Virus record (IMG/VR): IMGVR_UViG_2706795367_000001
Coordinates: 1-64,000 of that record
Direction: 5' to 3' (one strand)
Length of the DNA stretch: 64,000 bases
Source: a virus
Lineage: Duplodnaviria; Caudoviricetes
Position numbers and translations under genes: made by a program. Positions 27,558 to 37,508 of this stretch are shown one piece after another (position 1 is the first letter of the stretch; every line of letters begins with the position of its first letter). The notes below the pieces were generated by a model, which saw only the letters and a program-made list of their open reading frames with translations, did not search any database and was not told the origin of the DNA.

Positions 27558-30061
27558 CGACCCCTTTCCAGCAGAAAGCGTTTCCGTCCAACCCTGCCGT
27601 ACCTTCTTCGGCACCAGCGGGTTACACCGCGCCATCTTCGGCGCCCCCCACCACGGGGGAGGCGCCCAAGACCTCGGCCGAACTGTCCGCCCTGCGCGGC
27701 CAGTTCTGGGAACTACTACTCCAGAAGGTTGTCGAAGCCTTAACCGGCGTGTTTCTGCCCGGTCTGGGTAGCGCGTTCGACCAGTTGCGTGATTGGGCGT
27801 TGAACATCCCGATTCTCGGGGACATCATTGACCTGATCAACTCGATTCTGTCGCCGATCTTCGGGGGCATCGACTTCTCCGACGGTGTGCAGCCTCATGA
27901 GGTGTGGGAGACGGTCACCCGGGTTTTCATCGAACCGTTAAATCTGCTGATCGGGCCGCGTTCGCTGCTGGCGCAGTTGTTCGGCCAGTTGGGGCACGCG
28001 TCGTCGACGAATCTGTTGCCGGCGGGTGCGTTCGCTGCGGATTCGATCACGTCCAGCACTGATTGGATCATTGACGCCGACAAGTCCCGTACGGGGGATG
28101 GTTCGGGTGCGGCGAAGGTTGTGGCTTCTGGTGAGCAGAAGGCACTGCGTAGTGCGGATGTGATTCCGGTGGCGCAGTCGTTCACCCCGAAAGTGTTCGT
28201 GGCTCATGAGGGTTATGTGGGCACGGGTGTTGCTGCGCGCCTGCAGGTCGTGCCCCATGTGAATGGTGTGGCGCAGGAACCGGTGGACGTCGCCACCTAC
28301 ACCCCTGCCGTGGCGGACTTGGATTGGCCCGGACAGGAACTGACCGGTGTCTACGAGGTGACTGAAGGTGTGACGGGGGTGCAGGTCCGCATCCTCATCA
28401 CCCACACCGCCACCTCGGGCACGTTCTGGTTCGATGACGCGTCGGCTACCCAGACAGCCCGGTTGAAACCGGAATGGGTTGACGGGCTGACTGATCAGCT
28501 GCAAAACATCCTGGGCCGTATCCAGGCGCTCATCGACTCCATTGTGAACACCCTGCGCGGCACCGTCGGAACCGTGTTGAACACGTGGGACGACCTCGTC
28601 GACGCGTTGCAGACAATCAACCCGGCCAACATTTTGGGCGCGTTGGGCGCGGGGAACATTGCTGAGGCGATCCAAGAGTTCCTGGACCACCTTGTGGGTG
28701 GTTTGGTGGGGCAGCACGGCACCGGGGCGAGCCTGCCGGACTTGTTCAACACGATCCTGCAGGTGTCGTCGAACGCTGCGCAGGGGGCGTTCGCGTGGTT
28801 GCTGGCGGGGGTCTCCACGAACAAACCGGTCGACAAGGGGCTCCTGCCTTCGGGGGATGCGAACTATCCGTATTCGAATGCGAATGCGTGGCTTCCGGTT
28901 ACCCAGAACGCCTGTCTGGCCATCACCTATCGTGCCGGCAAGTCCGAACCGTTGGGGGCGATCGGCTGGCTGGGCAAGGGTTCCACGAACATCACCGCGG
29001 TCTATGTGAATGTCCGCAAGATCGACAAAGCCACCGGTGCCCGTAATCTGGTGCACCATTCACCGAACTTGGTGTCTCTGCTGCCTGCGGGTGATGACAC
29101 GGTCGGCTGGGTGTATTACCAGATCGACGACGCGGACATCATTCCGCGTGAGATCACCGACGAGTTTGAGATTGAACCGGTCATCGTTGGAACTGGCACG
29201 CATTACATCCGTGGCTATGACGAAGAGGACGATATTCCGGATCATCCGTATGCGAATGTGAAATCGGTGGCGGCGGTACGTGACGAGACATCGAATCCGA
29301 ACAGCCCGGCGGCGTCGATCGCGAAGTCTGCGGTTGTGAAGTCGTCCAAGGTGCCGTGGATCGAACTTGCGGTCGACACCGGCAGCGGTGCTGACCACTA
29401 TGACCCGCAGAAGATCTATCTTGGGACGAATCCGACGACGATCGCGAAACCCCGCTGGGCGAACGCGTTCGACCTGGTCGGTGTTGGCGGGGCCGGTGGT
29501 GGCCGTCAGGCATCTTTGGCGCAGTTCGGTGAGGGCGGCTGGCCCGGGCAGTTCAACGCCGGTTCGTTCTACGAGGGTGAAGACTTCGAACCCGATGAGG
29601 ATGTGATCATCGAGTTCAATCCCGGCGCGCCCGGGACGGGTGGGGCCGGTGTGGGCGGTAAGGGCGGCGACACCCTGTTCACGTTCGGCGGCGAGGAACG
29701 GTTGCGTTGCGTCGGCGGGGCGGGTGGCGACTCCCTCGGACTGATCGGGAAACCCACCGGGCGTGGTTATCCGGAACCCTTGGAGTACAACGGCCAAACC
29801 TATCTGGCTGGTGGCCATCAGAAGGTTCCGAGCGGTGGCGGTATCGCCCCCGGTGGTGCCGGTAACGGTGGTGACCGGTTCTTCAACCACGGCGGCCCCG
29901 GCGCCCTGGGCGGCGGCTGGGTCTACTTCTACAAGCGTGATGTCACAACACCGCCGCCGGACCCGATCGATACGACACCACCTACCCCGCCCGAAACGAT
30001 CGTGGTGGGCAAGACGTATTCGAAGATCACTGTGCGCGCAGAGGGAGGTACCGACGAATGA
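27554..30061 (+). CDS. minor tail protein with carbohydrate-binding-like and Gly-rich regions
   Basis: NLLP...FWFDDAS CBM-like segment; Gly-rich C-terminus. Confidence 0.88.
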   Translation: MTTPFQQKAFPSNPAVPSSAPAGYTAPSSAPPTTGEAPKTSAELSALRGQFWELLLQKVVEALTGVFLPGLGSAFDQLRDWALNIPILGDIIDLINSILSPIFGGIDFSDGVQPHEVWETVTRVFIEPLNLLIGPRSLLAQLFGQLGHASSTNLLPAGAFAADSITSSTDWIIDADKSRTGDGSGAAKVVASGEQKALRSADVIPVAQSFTPKVFVAHEGYVGTGVAARLQVVPHVNGVAQEPVDVATYTPAVADLDWPGQELTGVYEVTEGVTGVQVRILITHTATSGTFWFDDASATQTARLKPEWVDGLTDQLQNILGRIQALIDSIVNTLRGTVGTVLNTWDDLVDALQTINPANILGALGAGNIAEAIQEFLDHLVGGLVGQHGTGASLPDLFNTILQVSSNAAQGAFAWLLAGVSTNKPVDKGLLPSGDANYPYSNANAWLPVTQNACLAITYRAGKSEPLGAIGWLGKGSTNITAVYVNVRKIDKATGARNLVHHSPNLVSLLPAGDDTVGWVYYQIDDADIIPREITDEFEIEPVIVGTGTHYIRGYDEEDDIPDHPYANVKSVAAVRDETSNPNSPAASIAKSAVVKSSKVPWIELAVDTGSGADHYDPQKIYLGTNPTTIAKPRWANAFDLVGVGGAGGGRQASLAQFGEGGWPGQFNAGSFYEGEDFEPDEDVIIEFNPGAPGTGGAGVGGKGGDTLFTFGGEERLRCVGGAGGDSLGLIGKPTGRGYPEPLEYNGQTYLAGGHQKVPSGGGIAPGGAGNGGDRFFNHGGPGALGGGWVYFYKRDVTTPPPDPIDTTPPTPPETIVVGKTYSKITVRAEGGTDE

Positions 30062-32904
30062 TCGTGGCCTATCACGTCTATGACGCCGACACGCGCACAC
30101 GGTTGAATGAGCAGCCCATCCCAATCGAGGAGGTTTTCGATTGGGATGGCCGCGCCGCGGGCACCGTGTACCGCATTTACACCACCAACCTGGACCAGGC
30201 GGGCAACGAGTCTGAACCGTCACCCGTGGTGGAGGTGCAGACGGAGGCGTTTGAACCGACTGAAGGGCCGATGCCTTCGGAGTTGACCGCGCAGATCGAT
30301 GCGATCGTGGGTCAGGCGATGGCTGACGGTGCAGGCCCGGGTGTTGGTGTGCACGTGACGAGCCCGCTCGGCTATTACGCGAAAGCGTATGGCATTTCGA
30401 CGTCGGGAGTTCCGCTGACCACCGATATGCATTTCCGGATCGGTTCGGCGACGAAACCGTTCAGTGCGATGGCTGTGCTGATGGCGGTGCAGAAGGGGCT
30501 GATTTCTCTAGAGGATACGATCGACCAGTTCGATACGCCTGAGTTTCAGTTGAGTCGGATCGCTAACTCCCACAAGATCAAGATTCGTCATTTGATGATG
30601 ATGCGGTCGGGTGTGTTCAACGAGCAGCGTGACTTCAATTACATGCTGAATTTGGGGTTGTTGTTCACCAAGTCGGCGTTTTCGGATCAGGCGCGTTTCG
30701 GTTTGACGGTGGGGCATCCGGCGAGTTTCGAACCTGGCACCCAGTTCGAGTACATCAACGACAACTGGTTCATTCTGAGTCTGGTGTTGAAGGCGGTGAC
30801 TGGTCGCCATATTCGGGACATCATTCATGAAGATATCTGCGCGCCTCTGGGTTTGACGGAGACGTCGTGGCCGGCTACGGCGAAGATGCCTGCACCGTTC
30901 GCGGTTGGGCATGGTGGCTTGTTGGGTGGGGCGAATCAGATCACCACGGAGGTGCATCCGTCGTATGCGCATGCGGCGGGTGCGATCGTGTCGACGATGG
31001 CGGATATGAGCAAGTGGTGTGCCGCTTTGCGGGATGGTGCCCTGCTCTCCCCGGAAATGTATGAGCTGTGGATGACGCAGTTCTGCCCGATTCCGCTGGG
31101 CGGAGGGTTCGGCCCGCCCGAGGTGGGTTACGGCATGGCCATGTACGACTATGGCGAGTGGAAGGGTCACGCTGGGTCGTGGGTGGGTTACGAGTGCTCG
31201 CCGATGTTTCATCCGCCGTCTGGGTCGATCATTGTGTGTTTCGAGAATTCACAGACGGTCGGAACTAATGGTGTTGGCGTTCAGACGTTTTCCCAGATTT
31301 TCCCCGAGATCGCGAAGTTGATCGCGCCGGGTTCGATGGATGCGAAGACGTACACGTCGTGTGCGGTGCCTGCAGATCCGTTTGTGGGTAAGGTGGCGCC
31401 GGCGAACTTGGGTTATAGGGGCGTGTCTGCGCCGATCATCGGTTTGGGTTCGGCTGCGGGTTCGTTTACTGCTCCTGCGGGTGCTGATGTGTTTTTGTCG
31501 GTGGCGTGGGACCGTACTGGGCAGCCGCAGATGGTGACGTATGGCGGTGTGGAGATGTCGCGTATCGCTGTGGCGTATCACAGCAATACGGCTGATTATG
31601 GTGGTCAGGCGTTGTATCGGCTTGCTGGTGCGGGTTCGGGTGCGGCGAAGGCGGTGTCGATCACTGGTGCGGGTGGTTGGGTCACTGCGTATGGGTCGGC
31701 GTTTGAGAATGTGCAGGCTGTTGGCACGCCGAGTGTGAACTTTGGTAATGGTGTGGTTCATTCTCAGGCTGTGTCGGCTCCGGGGAGTGCGATTACGTTG
31801 CAGGCGTTTTCTGCGGGTGCGTATGGGGCGCCGATGTATGCGCTTGATGCGATTAGGGGTGGTCGTAATCGGGCTCAGACGGTGGGTACGCATCCGTTGT
31901 TGTGGGTGAATACGGCGATTGGTTCGGGTGAGGTGTCGGCGTTGTCGTCTGCGGCGAATCGGTGGGCGTCGATTGCGGTGAATATTGCGATCGCGGTGGA
32001 TGTGGATGCGAAACCACTTCCGGCTGTGGTGAAGGTGGCGGGTGGTCAGCCTGCCCTGGTGGTGGATGTGGCGAACAAGGTCATCACCCCGACGAAAGCG
32101 TCGTTGTCGATTTCTGGTGGCCGCCCTGGTGGGGAAGCGCTCTTCCCTGCGGGTGCCGCACTTTCGGTCACCGGTGGTACACCAACCGTTGAGGTGAAGG
32201 CCGCGTTCGAACCGTTCACCGAAGAAAACGTCAACCGCACTAACACCCCGGTGCCATCAGGTGCGACAGGTGCGTGGGTGACGCTCGGCGGTGCTGGCGG
32301 CGGTGGCGGTTCTGGCCGCCGCTCGAATTCGGGGTACCGCTACGGCGGAGGCGGCGGTGGCGGCGGTGCCTACGTCGATCGGGTGTTCGTTCCAGTCGAG
32401 CTGATGGGTGACACATACACCGTGACACGTGGCCTCGGGGGGAACGGCGGCTCGAAGTCGTATTCGGGCGACGGCAGCAGCGGATCGAACGGTGGGGATT
32501 CCTCGTTCATCTCCGGTGACGTGAGTTTGATCGCCGGTGGAGGTAAGGCTGGCGCACGGGGCACCAACAGCAGCGGCAGCGGCGACGGCGGTTCCGGCGG
32601 CACGGCTTCAGTTTCCGGTGCGTCGGCCTCCACATACAACGGCGGCAACGGCGGCAATGGCGGCAGCAGCCCCACCAATGGGCAGAGCCGCTCAAACGGT
32701 GCAGGCGCGGGCGGTGGCGGGGCCGGCGGCATGCTCTCCAACGACAACACCTTTAACTCGGCGAGTGCTGGCTCTAGTAGCGGCCCAGCCGGGAACGGCG
32801 GCAACGGATCTCGTGGCGGTAGCGGCACGGGAACGAATGCCGGCAGTGGCGGTGATGGCTACAACAAGATCGAGTGGTCGAATCTTCCTGATGGGGGTGC
32901 ATGA
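30058..32904 (+). CDS. minor tail protein with beta-lactamase-fold (D-Ala-D-Ala carboxypeptidase) domain
   Basis: FRIGSATK (SxxK), FEPGTQFEYIN (YxN), GHAG; Gly-rich C-terminus. Confidence 0.9.
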   Translation: MIVAYHVYDADTRTRLNEQPIPIEEVFDWDGRAAGTVYRIYTTNLDQAGNESEPSPVVEVQTEAFEPTEGPMPSELTAQIDAIVGQAMADGAGPGVGVHVTSPLGYYAKAYGISTSGVPLTTDMHFRIGSATKPFSAMAVLMAVQKGLISLEDTIDQFDTPEFQLSRIANSHKIKIRHLMMMRSGVFNEQRDFNYMLNLGLLFTKSAFSDQARFGLTVGHPASFEPGTQFEYINDNWFILSLVLKAVTGRHIRDIIHEDICAPLGLTETSWPATAKMPAPFAVGHGGLLGGANQITTEVHPSYAHAAGAIVSTMADMSKWCAALRDGALLSPEMYELWMTQFCPIPLGGGFGPPEVGYGMAMYDYGEWKGHAGSWVGYECSPMFHPPSGSIIVCFENSQTVGTNGVGVQTFSQIFPEIAKLIAPGSMDAKTYTSCAVPADPFVGKVAPANLGYRGVSAPIIGLGSAAGSFTAPAGADVFLSVAWDRTGQPQMVTYGGVEMSRIAVAYHSNTADYGGQALYRLAGAGSGAAKAVSITGAGGWVTAYGSAFENVQAVGTPSVNFGNGVVHSQAVSAPGSAITLQAFSAGAYGAPMYALDAIRGGRNRAQTVGTHPLLWVNTAIGSGEVSALSSAANRWASIAVNIAIAVDVDAKPLPAVVKVAGGQPALVVDVANKVITPTKASLSISGGRPGGEALFPAGAALSVTGGTPTVEVKAAFEPFTEENVNRTNTPVPSGATGAWVTLGGAGGGGGSGRRSNSGYRYGGGGGGGGAYVDRVFVPVELMGDTYTVTRGLGGNGGSKSYSGDGSSGSNGGDSSFISGDVSLIAGGGKAGARGTNSSGSGDGGSGGTASVSGASASTYNGGNGGNGGSSPTNGQSRSNGAGAGGGGAGGMLSNDNTFNSASAGSSSGPAGNGGNGSRGGSGTGTNAGSGGDGYNKIEWSNLPDGGA

Positions 32905-33851
32905 TGCCCGGTTGGATCGTGGAAACCATCACCACCCCCACACCCGCTGCGGTGGGGGTGACTGGTGGAACCCCCACCGTTATCGCCACCCAGAACGCTG
33001 TCATCACACCAGAACCCGCGGAGCTGGTCATCACTGGTGGGCGGCCGTTGTCCGGGCCGGTCGCTGTACCTTCGGGCGCGGCACTCACGATCACCGGCGG
33101 CACGCCTGTGGTGTCCCAAGCGCGCCTCCTCACTCCCGGTGCGCTCAACCTCACCATCACCGGTGGTCAACCGTCCGTGGTGAAAAACACCATCATCACA
33201 CCCACCAAAGCATCACTGACGGTCACCGGTGGCACACCCACCGTCACCAACCAATCACCCGTCGCATACAACTCGATCGGCACCGGCTCAACAGGGTTCG
33301 GCTCCGCAGCCAACTTCAACTTCACCGCACCCACCGGCGCCGATGTGTTCGTCATCATCAACTGGGACCGCAGCGCACCCCCCACAGGAGCCCCCACCTA
33401 CGGCGGCGCCGCCATGACACTGGTCACCACAATCAACCACAACAACCTTGCCGGGTATGGCGGCGTATCCATCTACCGCATCGCCGCAGCAGGAAACGGC
33501 ACCGCCAAAGTAGTCACATCCCCCTCCACCGGCGGATCGTGGCAAGTCACCAACGCCATCGCATTCACCGGGGTATCCGCAGTGGGAACAGTAACCACCG
33601 CCACAGGTCTCAGCGCATCACCCTCACAGTCAGTGACCCTGCCCAGTGGTGTCGGGCTGCACGTGTTCTCCGCCGGTAACGGCGGCGGATCGATGGCCGG
33701 ATTCAGCTCCTACTCCGGAGCCACCAACAGGTACAACACATTCAACGCCGGTAGCGCACTGGCCATTAACACCGTCGCCGCGTCGGGAACCGTTTCGGCA
33801 ACGATCGGAATCAGCTCCGGATGGGCCGGCGTTTTCGTCCCACTGTCCTAA
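32901..33851 (+). CDS. minor tail protein
   Basis: About five TPxxAxLx(I/V)TGGxPxV repeats plus a domain paralogous to part of the upstream gene. Confidence 0.85.
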   Translation: MMPGWIVETITTPTPAAVGVTGGTPTVIATQNAVITPEPAELVITGGRPLSGPVAVPSGAALTITGGTPVVSQARLLTPGALNLTITGGQPSVVKNTIITPTKASLTVTGGTPTVTNQSPVAYNSIGTGSTGFGSAANFNFTAPTGADVFVIINWDRSAPPTGAPTYGGAAMTLVTTINHNNLAGYGGVSIYRIAAAGNGTAKVVTSPSTGGSWQVTNAIAFTGVSAVGTVTTATGLSASPSQSVTLPSGVGLHVFSAGNGGGSMAGFSSYSGATNRYNTFNAGSALAINTVAASGTVSATIGISSGWAGVFVPLS

Positions 33852-33868
33852 CTCAAACCAACCCCCCC

Positions 33869-33899
33869 CAAAGCCCACCAGAAATCCTGGTGGGCTTTG
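33869..33899 (+). terminator. 13-bp hairpin
   Basis: CAAAGCCCACCAG-AAATC-CTGGTGGGCTTTG. Confidence 0.55.
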
Positions 33900-33918
33900 T
33901 CATTGAAAGGAAACCCTC

Positions 33919-34350
33919 ATGGCCGCAGGCACCTGGACACTCCCCGCAGCAGCCCGCAAGATGCTGCTCGACGGCACGTTCGACCTCGACTCCGACACCT
34001 TCAAAGTCGCACTTGTCACCAGCTCATCCAACATCGGGTCCTCCAGCACCACGTGGTCTGGTGTGACCGGTGAAGTGGCGAACGGCAACGGTTACACCAC
34101 TGGTGGCGTGTCGGTCACCCTGACCCTGACGGGAACCACGTCTGTGGCGGTGTCGTTCGCCACCAACCCGGTGTGGACCGCATCCGGGTCCGGCATCACC
34201 GCCCGCACCGCGGTTTTGTACGAAACATCCGGAAACGTCCTCGCGTACGTGCTGCTCGACAGCACCCCCGCCGATGTGAGCGTGTCCTCCGGGAATACCC
34301 TGACGATCGATTCGGACGGGACACCTTCGCCGATTTTCACCCTGGCGTAG
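33919..34350 (+). CDS. minor tail/virion protein
   Basis: GAAAGGA RBS; FDLDSDTFKVAL...GNGYTTGG. Confidence 0.85.
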   Translation: MAAGTWTLPAAARKMLLDGTFDLDSDTFKVALVTSSSNIGSSSTTWSGVTGEVANGNGYTTGGVSVTLTLTGTTSVAVSFATNPVWTASGSGITARTAVLYETSGNVLAYVLLDSTPADVSVSSGNTLTIDSDGTPSPIFTLA

Positions 34351-34359
34351 TAACCACGA

Positions 34360-34557
34360 TTATCGGTGGGGGTCGCCTGCGGCGCGTAGCTGGTAGACGC
34401 GTTGCTTGGAGATCTTGAGGGCGCGGCCGATGTCCTGCCACGAGACGTCGTGGACAGTCATCGCCTCGTAGATGAGGGAGGCCAGTTCGGCGTCGAGTTC
34501 AGCGGTGGTCGCTGCGCGTTTTTGCCGGTTGGCGATCATGCGGTCGATGATTGTCAC
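34360..34557 (-). CDS. small HTH DNA-binding protein
   Basis: SWQDIGRALKISKQRVYQL; TACACT 6 nt before GTG (leaderless). Confidence 0.8.
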   Translation of the reverse strand: MTIIDRMIANRQKRAATTAELDAELASLIYEAMTVHDVSWQDIGRALKISKQRVYQLRAAGDPHR

Positions 34558-34703
34558 GTTAGGAGTGTATCTCAAAGAAACACTTGTGCACGTGGTCAAA
34601 CGTGATTAGACTCGCGTCTATCAACTTGAGACACCGCCCGGCGGGGCGAAGGCCTGAGAAACCAACCCCGCCGGACGGTCCACCCCCAACAGGAGGCCCA
34701 CCA

Positions 34704-35000
34704 ATGCTACGCAACACCATCGCAACCATCACAGCCGCCCTCACCCTCGCACTCCTCACCCCCGCAGTCGCAGACGCCGCACCCAAGCACTGCGACAACC
34801 ACGGCACCGGACACGGCAAAATCTACAAGCACGCCTGCGCCACCGGACCCGGCGGAGCAAGCGCCGACTGGACCTACGCCAAAAACCCCGACGGCACCGT
34901 GAAAACAGTCGTAAAAGACGGCAAAGAGCACAAGGTCTACAAGTGCACCCGCCACTGCGGCGGCGGACGCCACAACACCGAAACCACAGACCCCTGGTGA
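34704..35000 (+). CDS. secreted His/Cys-rich small protein
   Basis: AGGAGG RBS; signal peptide ending ADA. Confidence 0.8.
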   Translation: MLRNTIATITAALTLALLTPAVADAAPKHCDNHGTGHGKIYKHACATGPGGASADWTYAKNPDGTVKTVVKDGKEHKVYKCTRHCGGGRHNTETTDPW

Positions 35001-35011
35001 TCGTCAGAAAG

Positions 35012-35045
35012 AACGGGCTACCATTTTCGTGGTAGCCCGTTTGTC
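35012..35045 (+). terminator. intrinsic terminator-like hairpin
   Basis: AACGGGCTACCA / TGGTAGCCCGTT, 12 bp. Confidence 0.6.
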
Positions 35046-35059
35046 ATGAAAAGCGGAAG

Positions 35060-35221
35060 ATGAATCGCTACACCATCCTCGGTATCGAAAAACCTTTCCC
35101 TTGGGTCGGCCTCGGCCTGCTCGGCGGCGGCCTGGTGCTGACCGGTCTGCTCTCGTGGGTGTTTGCCACCGGGAGCGTGGCGCTCGTCGAGAAGATCATC
35201 GACGACCTACCCGACTTCTGA
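35060..35221 (+). CDS. small membrane protein (53 aa)
   Basis: Manual translation MNRYTILGIEKPFPWVGLGLLGGGLVLTGLLSWVF... Confidence 0.65.
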   Translation: MNRYTILGIEKPFPWVGLGLLGGGLVLTGLLSWVFATGSVALVEKIIDDLPDF

Positions 35222-35315
35222 CGGGCCGGCCCCTGTTCTACCTCTAAACAACACCCCCAGAAAACCCCGCCACCACCAAGGTGCGCGGGGCTTTTCCATG
35301 CCCGAAAGGGGGCGC

Positions 35316-35816
35316 ATGCCTCTTTATCGCACGCTCGGCCCGCTTACATACATCGACGACGGTCGAGTAAGGCACATCACCCGGGCGGGCGTCATCATCG
35401 ATATCAGTCGAGAAACGGCCGATGGGTTACCCGGACTTGTCGCATACGTCGACAGTGAGGTTACCAGCTTCCCTCGCATCGAAATGCTTAGCTACGAGGA
35501 TTGCAGCGACTTCCCGGCGCACGGCAGCGATGGATACATTTACGCAGACCGAAGCGGTAATGCAATCTACCAATGGGTGGATGAGGGATATGTCGCCATC
35601 ACCGGAACCGCATCGTGGAGCACCTTATCGGGAAAGCCTTCAGAGTTTCCGCCATCCGATCATTCCCACGATAGCGCCAGCGCTGTACATGCCGTGATCG
35701 TCTCCACCGGTTCAGAGGCCCGCCCCTCCACCGATGGCACCGTCCTGTGGCTCGGCGGCTCTAGCGAGCCCACGAACTACGACGACACCAAAGACATCTG
35801 GTTCGGGACGGACTAA
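35316..35816 (+). CDS. putative tail-associated protein
   Basis: GAAAGGGGG RBS; WSTLSGKPSEFPPSDHSH tail-fibre-type repeat. Confidence 0.75.
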   Translation: MPLYRTLGPLTYIDDGRVRHITRAGVIIDISRETADGLPGLVAYVDSEVTSFPRIEMLSYEDCSDFPAHGSDGYIYADRSGNAIYQWVDEGYVAITGTASWSTLSGKPSEFPPSDHSHDSASAVHAVIVSTGSEARPSTDGTVLWLGGSSEPTNYDDTKDIWFGTD

Positions 35817-36485
35817 GTGCGAGTACTCGGACAAGAAATCACCAAGGTCCGGGTCGCGGGGGTTGACGCCATCCGCGTCCGGGTCCGTGGCCAGGACGAG
35901 TGGACGGCCGAGTCACCCGCTCCGGTCCCCGACCCAATCAGCTACTTCGACTGGCACGAGGGCAGCGGTGAGACGACGGCGTCGATCGTGTCGTCGCACG
36001 CATTGACCGCCGCCAACCCCCCAACGGCGTGGAACGGACAGTCGGCCAATGGAACGTTCAGCGGGGACATCGGCGACACCCCCACTTCCACGTGGACCCT
36101 TGCCGTGGAATTCACCCTCAACACAGGGTCGAGCTGGCGCAATCTGCTACACACCTCCGACGCCGGTTCTGCCGACGAGATTTGGTTGCAGTTGAATGGC
36201 TCGACACTGAACATCTGGACCTCGGTCGGCTCCTCCACGGGGTTCGACCCGGCACTTCCCACGGTCGCGTCGGACGTCAGAACAATGCTCACCGTCACCT
36301 CCGACGGAACCACGCAGCGGGTGTACCTGGACGGCGAACCAGTTTCCTCGCGCACCCAGACAACCATCCTCGAGCCGACCTCCGCCGTTATTCGGGACAG
36401 CTCCGAAGACCTCAATGGCTATGTGCACACCGTCCGCTTCTGGGACGTCGCATTGAGTGACGCCGAGGTCGTGGCGCTCATCTAA
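35817..36485 (+). CDS. LamG/ConA-like lectin domain protein
   Basis: EGSG.T, VTSDGTTQRVYLDG, VRFWDVALSDAEV. Confidence 0.8.
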   Translation: MRVLGQEITKVRVAGVDAIRVRVRGQDEWTAESPAPVPDPISYFDWHEGSGETTASIVSSHALTAANPPTAWNGQSANGTFSGDIGDTPTSTWTLAVEFTLNTGSSWRNLLHTSDAGSADEIWLQLNGSTLNIWTSVGSSTGFDPALPTVASDVRTMLTVTSDGTTQRVYLDGEPVSSRTQTTILEPTSAVIRDSSEDLNGYVHTVRFWDVALSDAEVVALI

Positions 36486-36515
36486 AGCGCCACCCTATTC
36501 CCCCAAAGGGGCATT

Positions 36516-36842
36516 ATGAAGAAGTTTCTCATCTCCCTCGTCGTCGGGGTTCTTGCCGAGGCGGTCAAGAATCCCGAGGTCCGGGAATTCGTTTCCGACC
36601 TCGTCATGAAGTTGGCGGACAAGCTCAAGGACGATCTGGTTCCGGCCTTAATCGGCCTGTTCCCGACTTTTGGCGGCGCCATCATCGAGACCGTCCTCGA
36701 CAAGCTGCCGGGCGTCCACAACCTGGATGTCGAGATTCTCAATTCCGACGTCGCCAAGAAAATCATCGAATCTGACCCGGACCTTCCTTTCGTGTCGGGA
36801 TTCATTGACCTCACCGAAATTCTCAGGGGATTCATCAAATAA
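36516..36842 (+). CDS. hypothetical protein
   Basis: AAAGGGG RBS; 108 aa. Confidence 0.75.
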   Translation: MKKFLISLVVGVLAEAVKNPEVREFVSDLVMKLADKLKDDLVPALIGLFPTFGGAIIETVLDKLPGVHNLDVEILNSDVAKKIIESDPDLPFVSGFIDLTEILRGFIK

Positions 36843-36945
36843 TGGCAGTCGCCCTACCCATGATACGATAGTGGCGCGGCGGGACGTGTTGGACCACGCC
36901 CCGCCGCTAACCCACTCACTTGATTGCGGCAAGGAGGGGCTAGCA

Positions 36946-37434
36946 GTGGATGCTACCTCAACCAACCCTGATGCATTTCGGATCTTCAGGGGCAAGCGGC
37001 TTGTGCCCGCGTCCGACGGTTGCCTAATCTATCCTGTCAAGCCGGGGGCCCGCGGATACGCCCTGGTAAATACTGGCGGCAGGGGCGACAATAAGGCGTA
37101 TCTCGCCCACCGCATTGCGTACGAGCTTGCGTACGGGCCCATCCCCGAGGGGATGACCGTAGACCACCTGTGTCACACGCGACTGTGCGTCAACCCGGAC
37201 CACCTTCGGGTCATCACCCCTGCACAGAATCAGCAGAATCGCAAAGGGGCAAATGCCAACTCCCAAACGGGATATCGCGGAGTGTCGAGGAGGGGCAATA
37301 AGTTCTACGCACGGGTTTGGGCCGCCGGGGCCGAGCACTGGCGCGGAGGCTTCGACACGGCGGAGGAAGCCGCTGAAGCAGCATCAGAAATGCGTCGCGC
37401 ATTGATGCCATTCAGCGAAAAGGACAAACACTAG
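36946..37434 (+). CDS. HNH-AP2 homing endonuclease
   Basis: AHRIAY...DHLCHTRLCVNPDHL...N; TGYRGVS...FDTAEEAA AP2 domain; AAGGAGG RBS. Confidence 0.92.
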   Translation: MDATSTNPDAFRIFRGKRLVPASDGCLIYPVKPGARGYALVNTGGRGDNKAYLAHRIAYELAYGPIPEGMTVDHLCHTRLCVNPDHLRVITPAQNQQNRKGANANSQTGYRGVSRRGNKFYARVWAAGAEHWRGGFDTAEEAAEAASEMRRALMPFSEKDKH

Positions 37435-37452
37435 GCTTAACGGCCCCACCTA

Positions 37453-37486
37453 AAACGGCTCGTCGACATCGGCGGGCCGTTTTTGT
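37453..37486 (+). terminator. hairpin with U-tract between HNH and lysA
   Basis: AAACGGCTCGTC...GGCGGGCCGTTTTTGT. Confidence 0.5.
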
Positions 37487-37508
37487 ATGCACAAAATGGG
37501 GGAATTCA

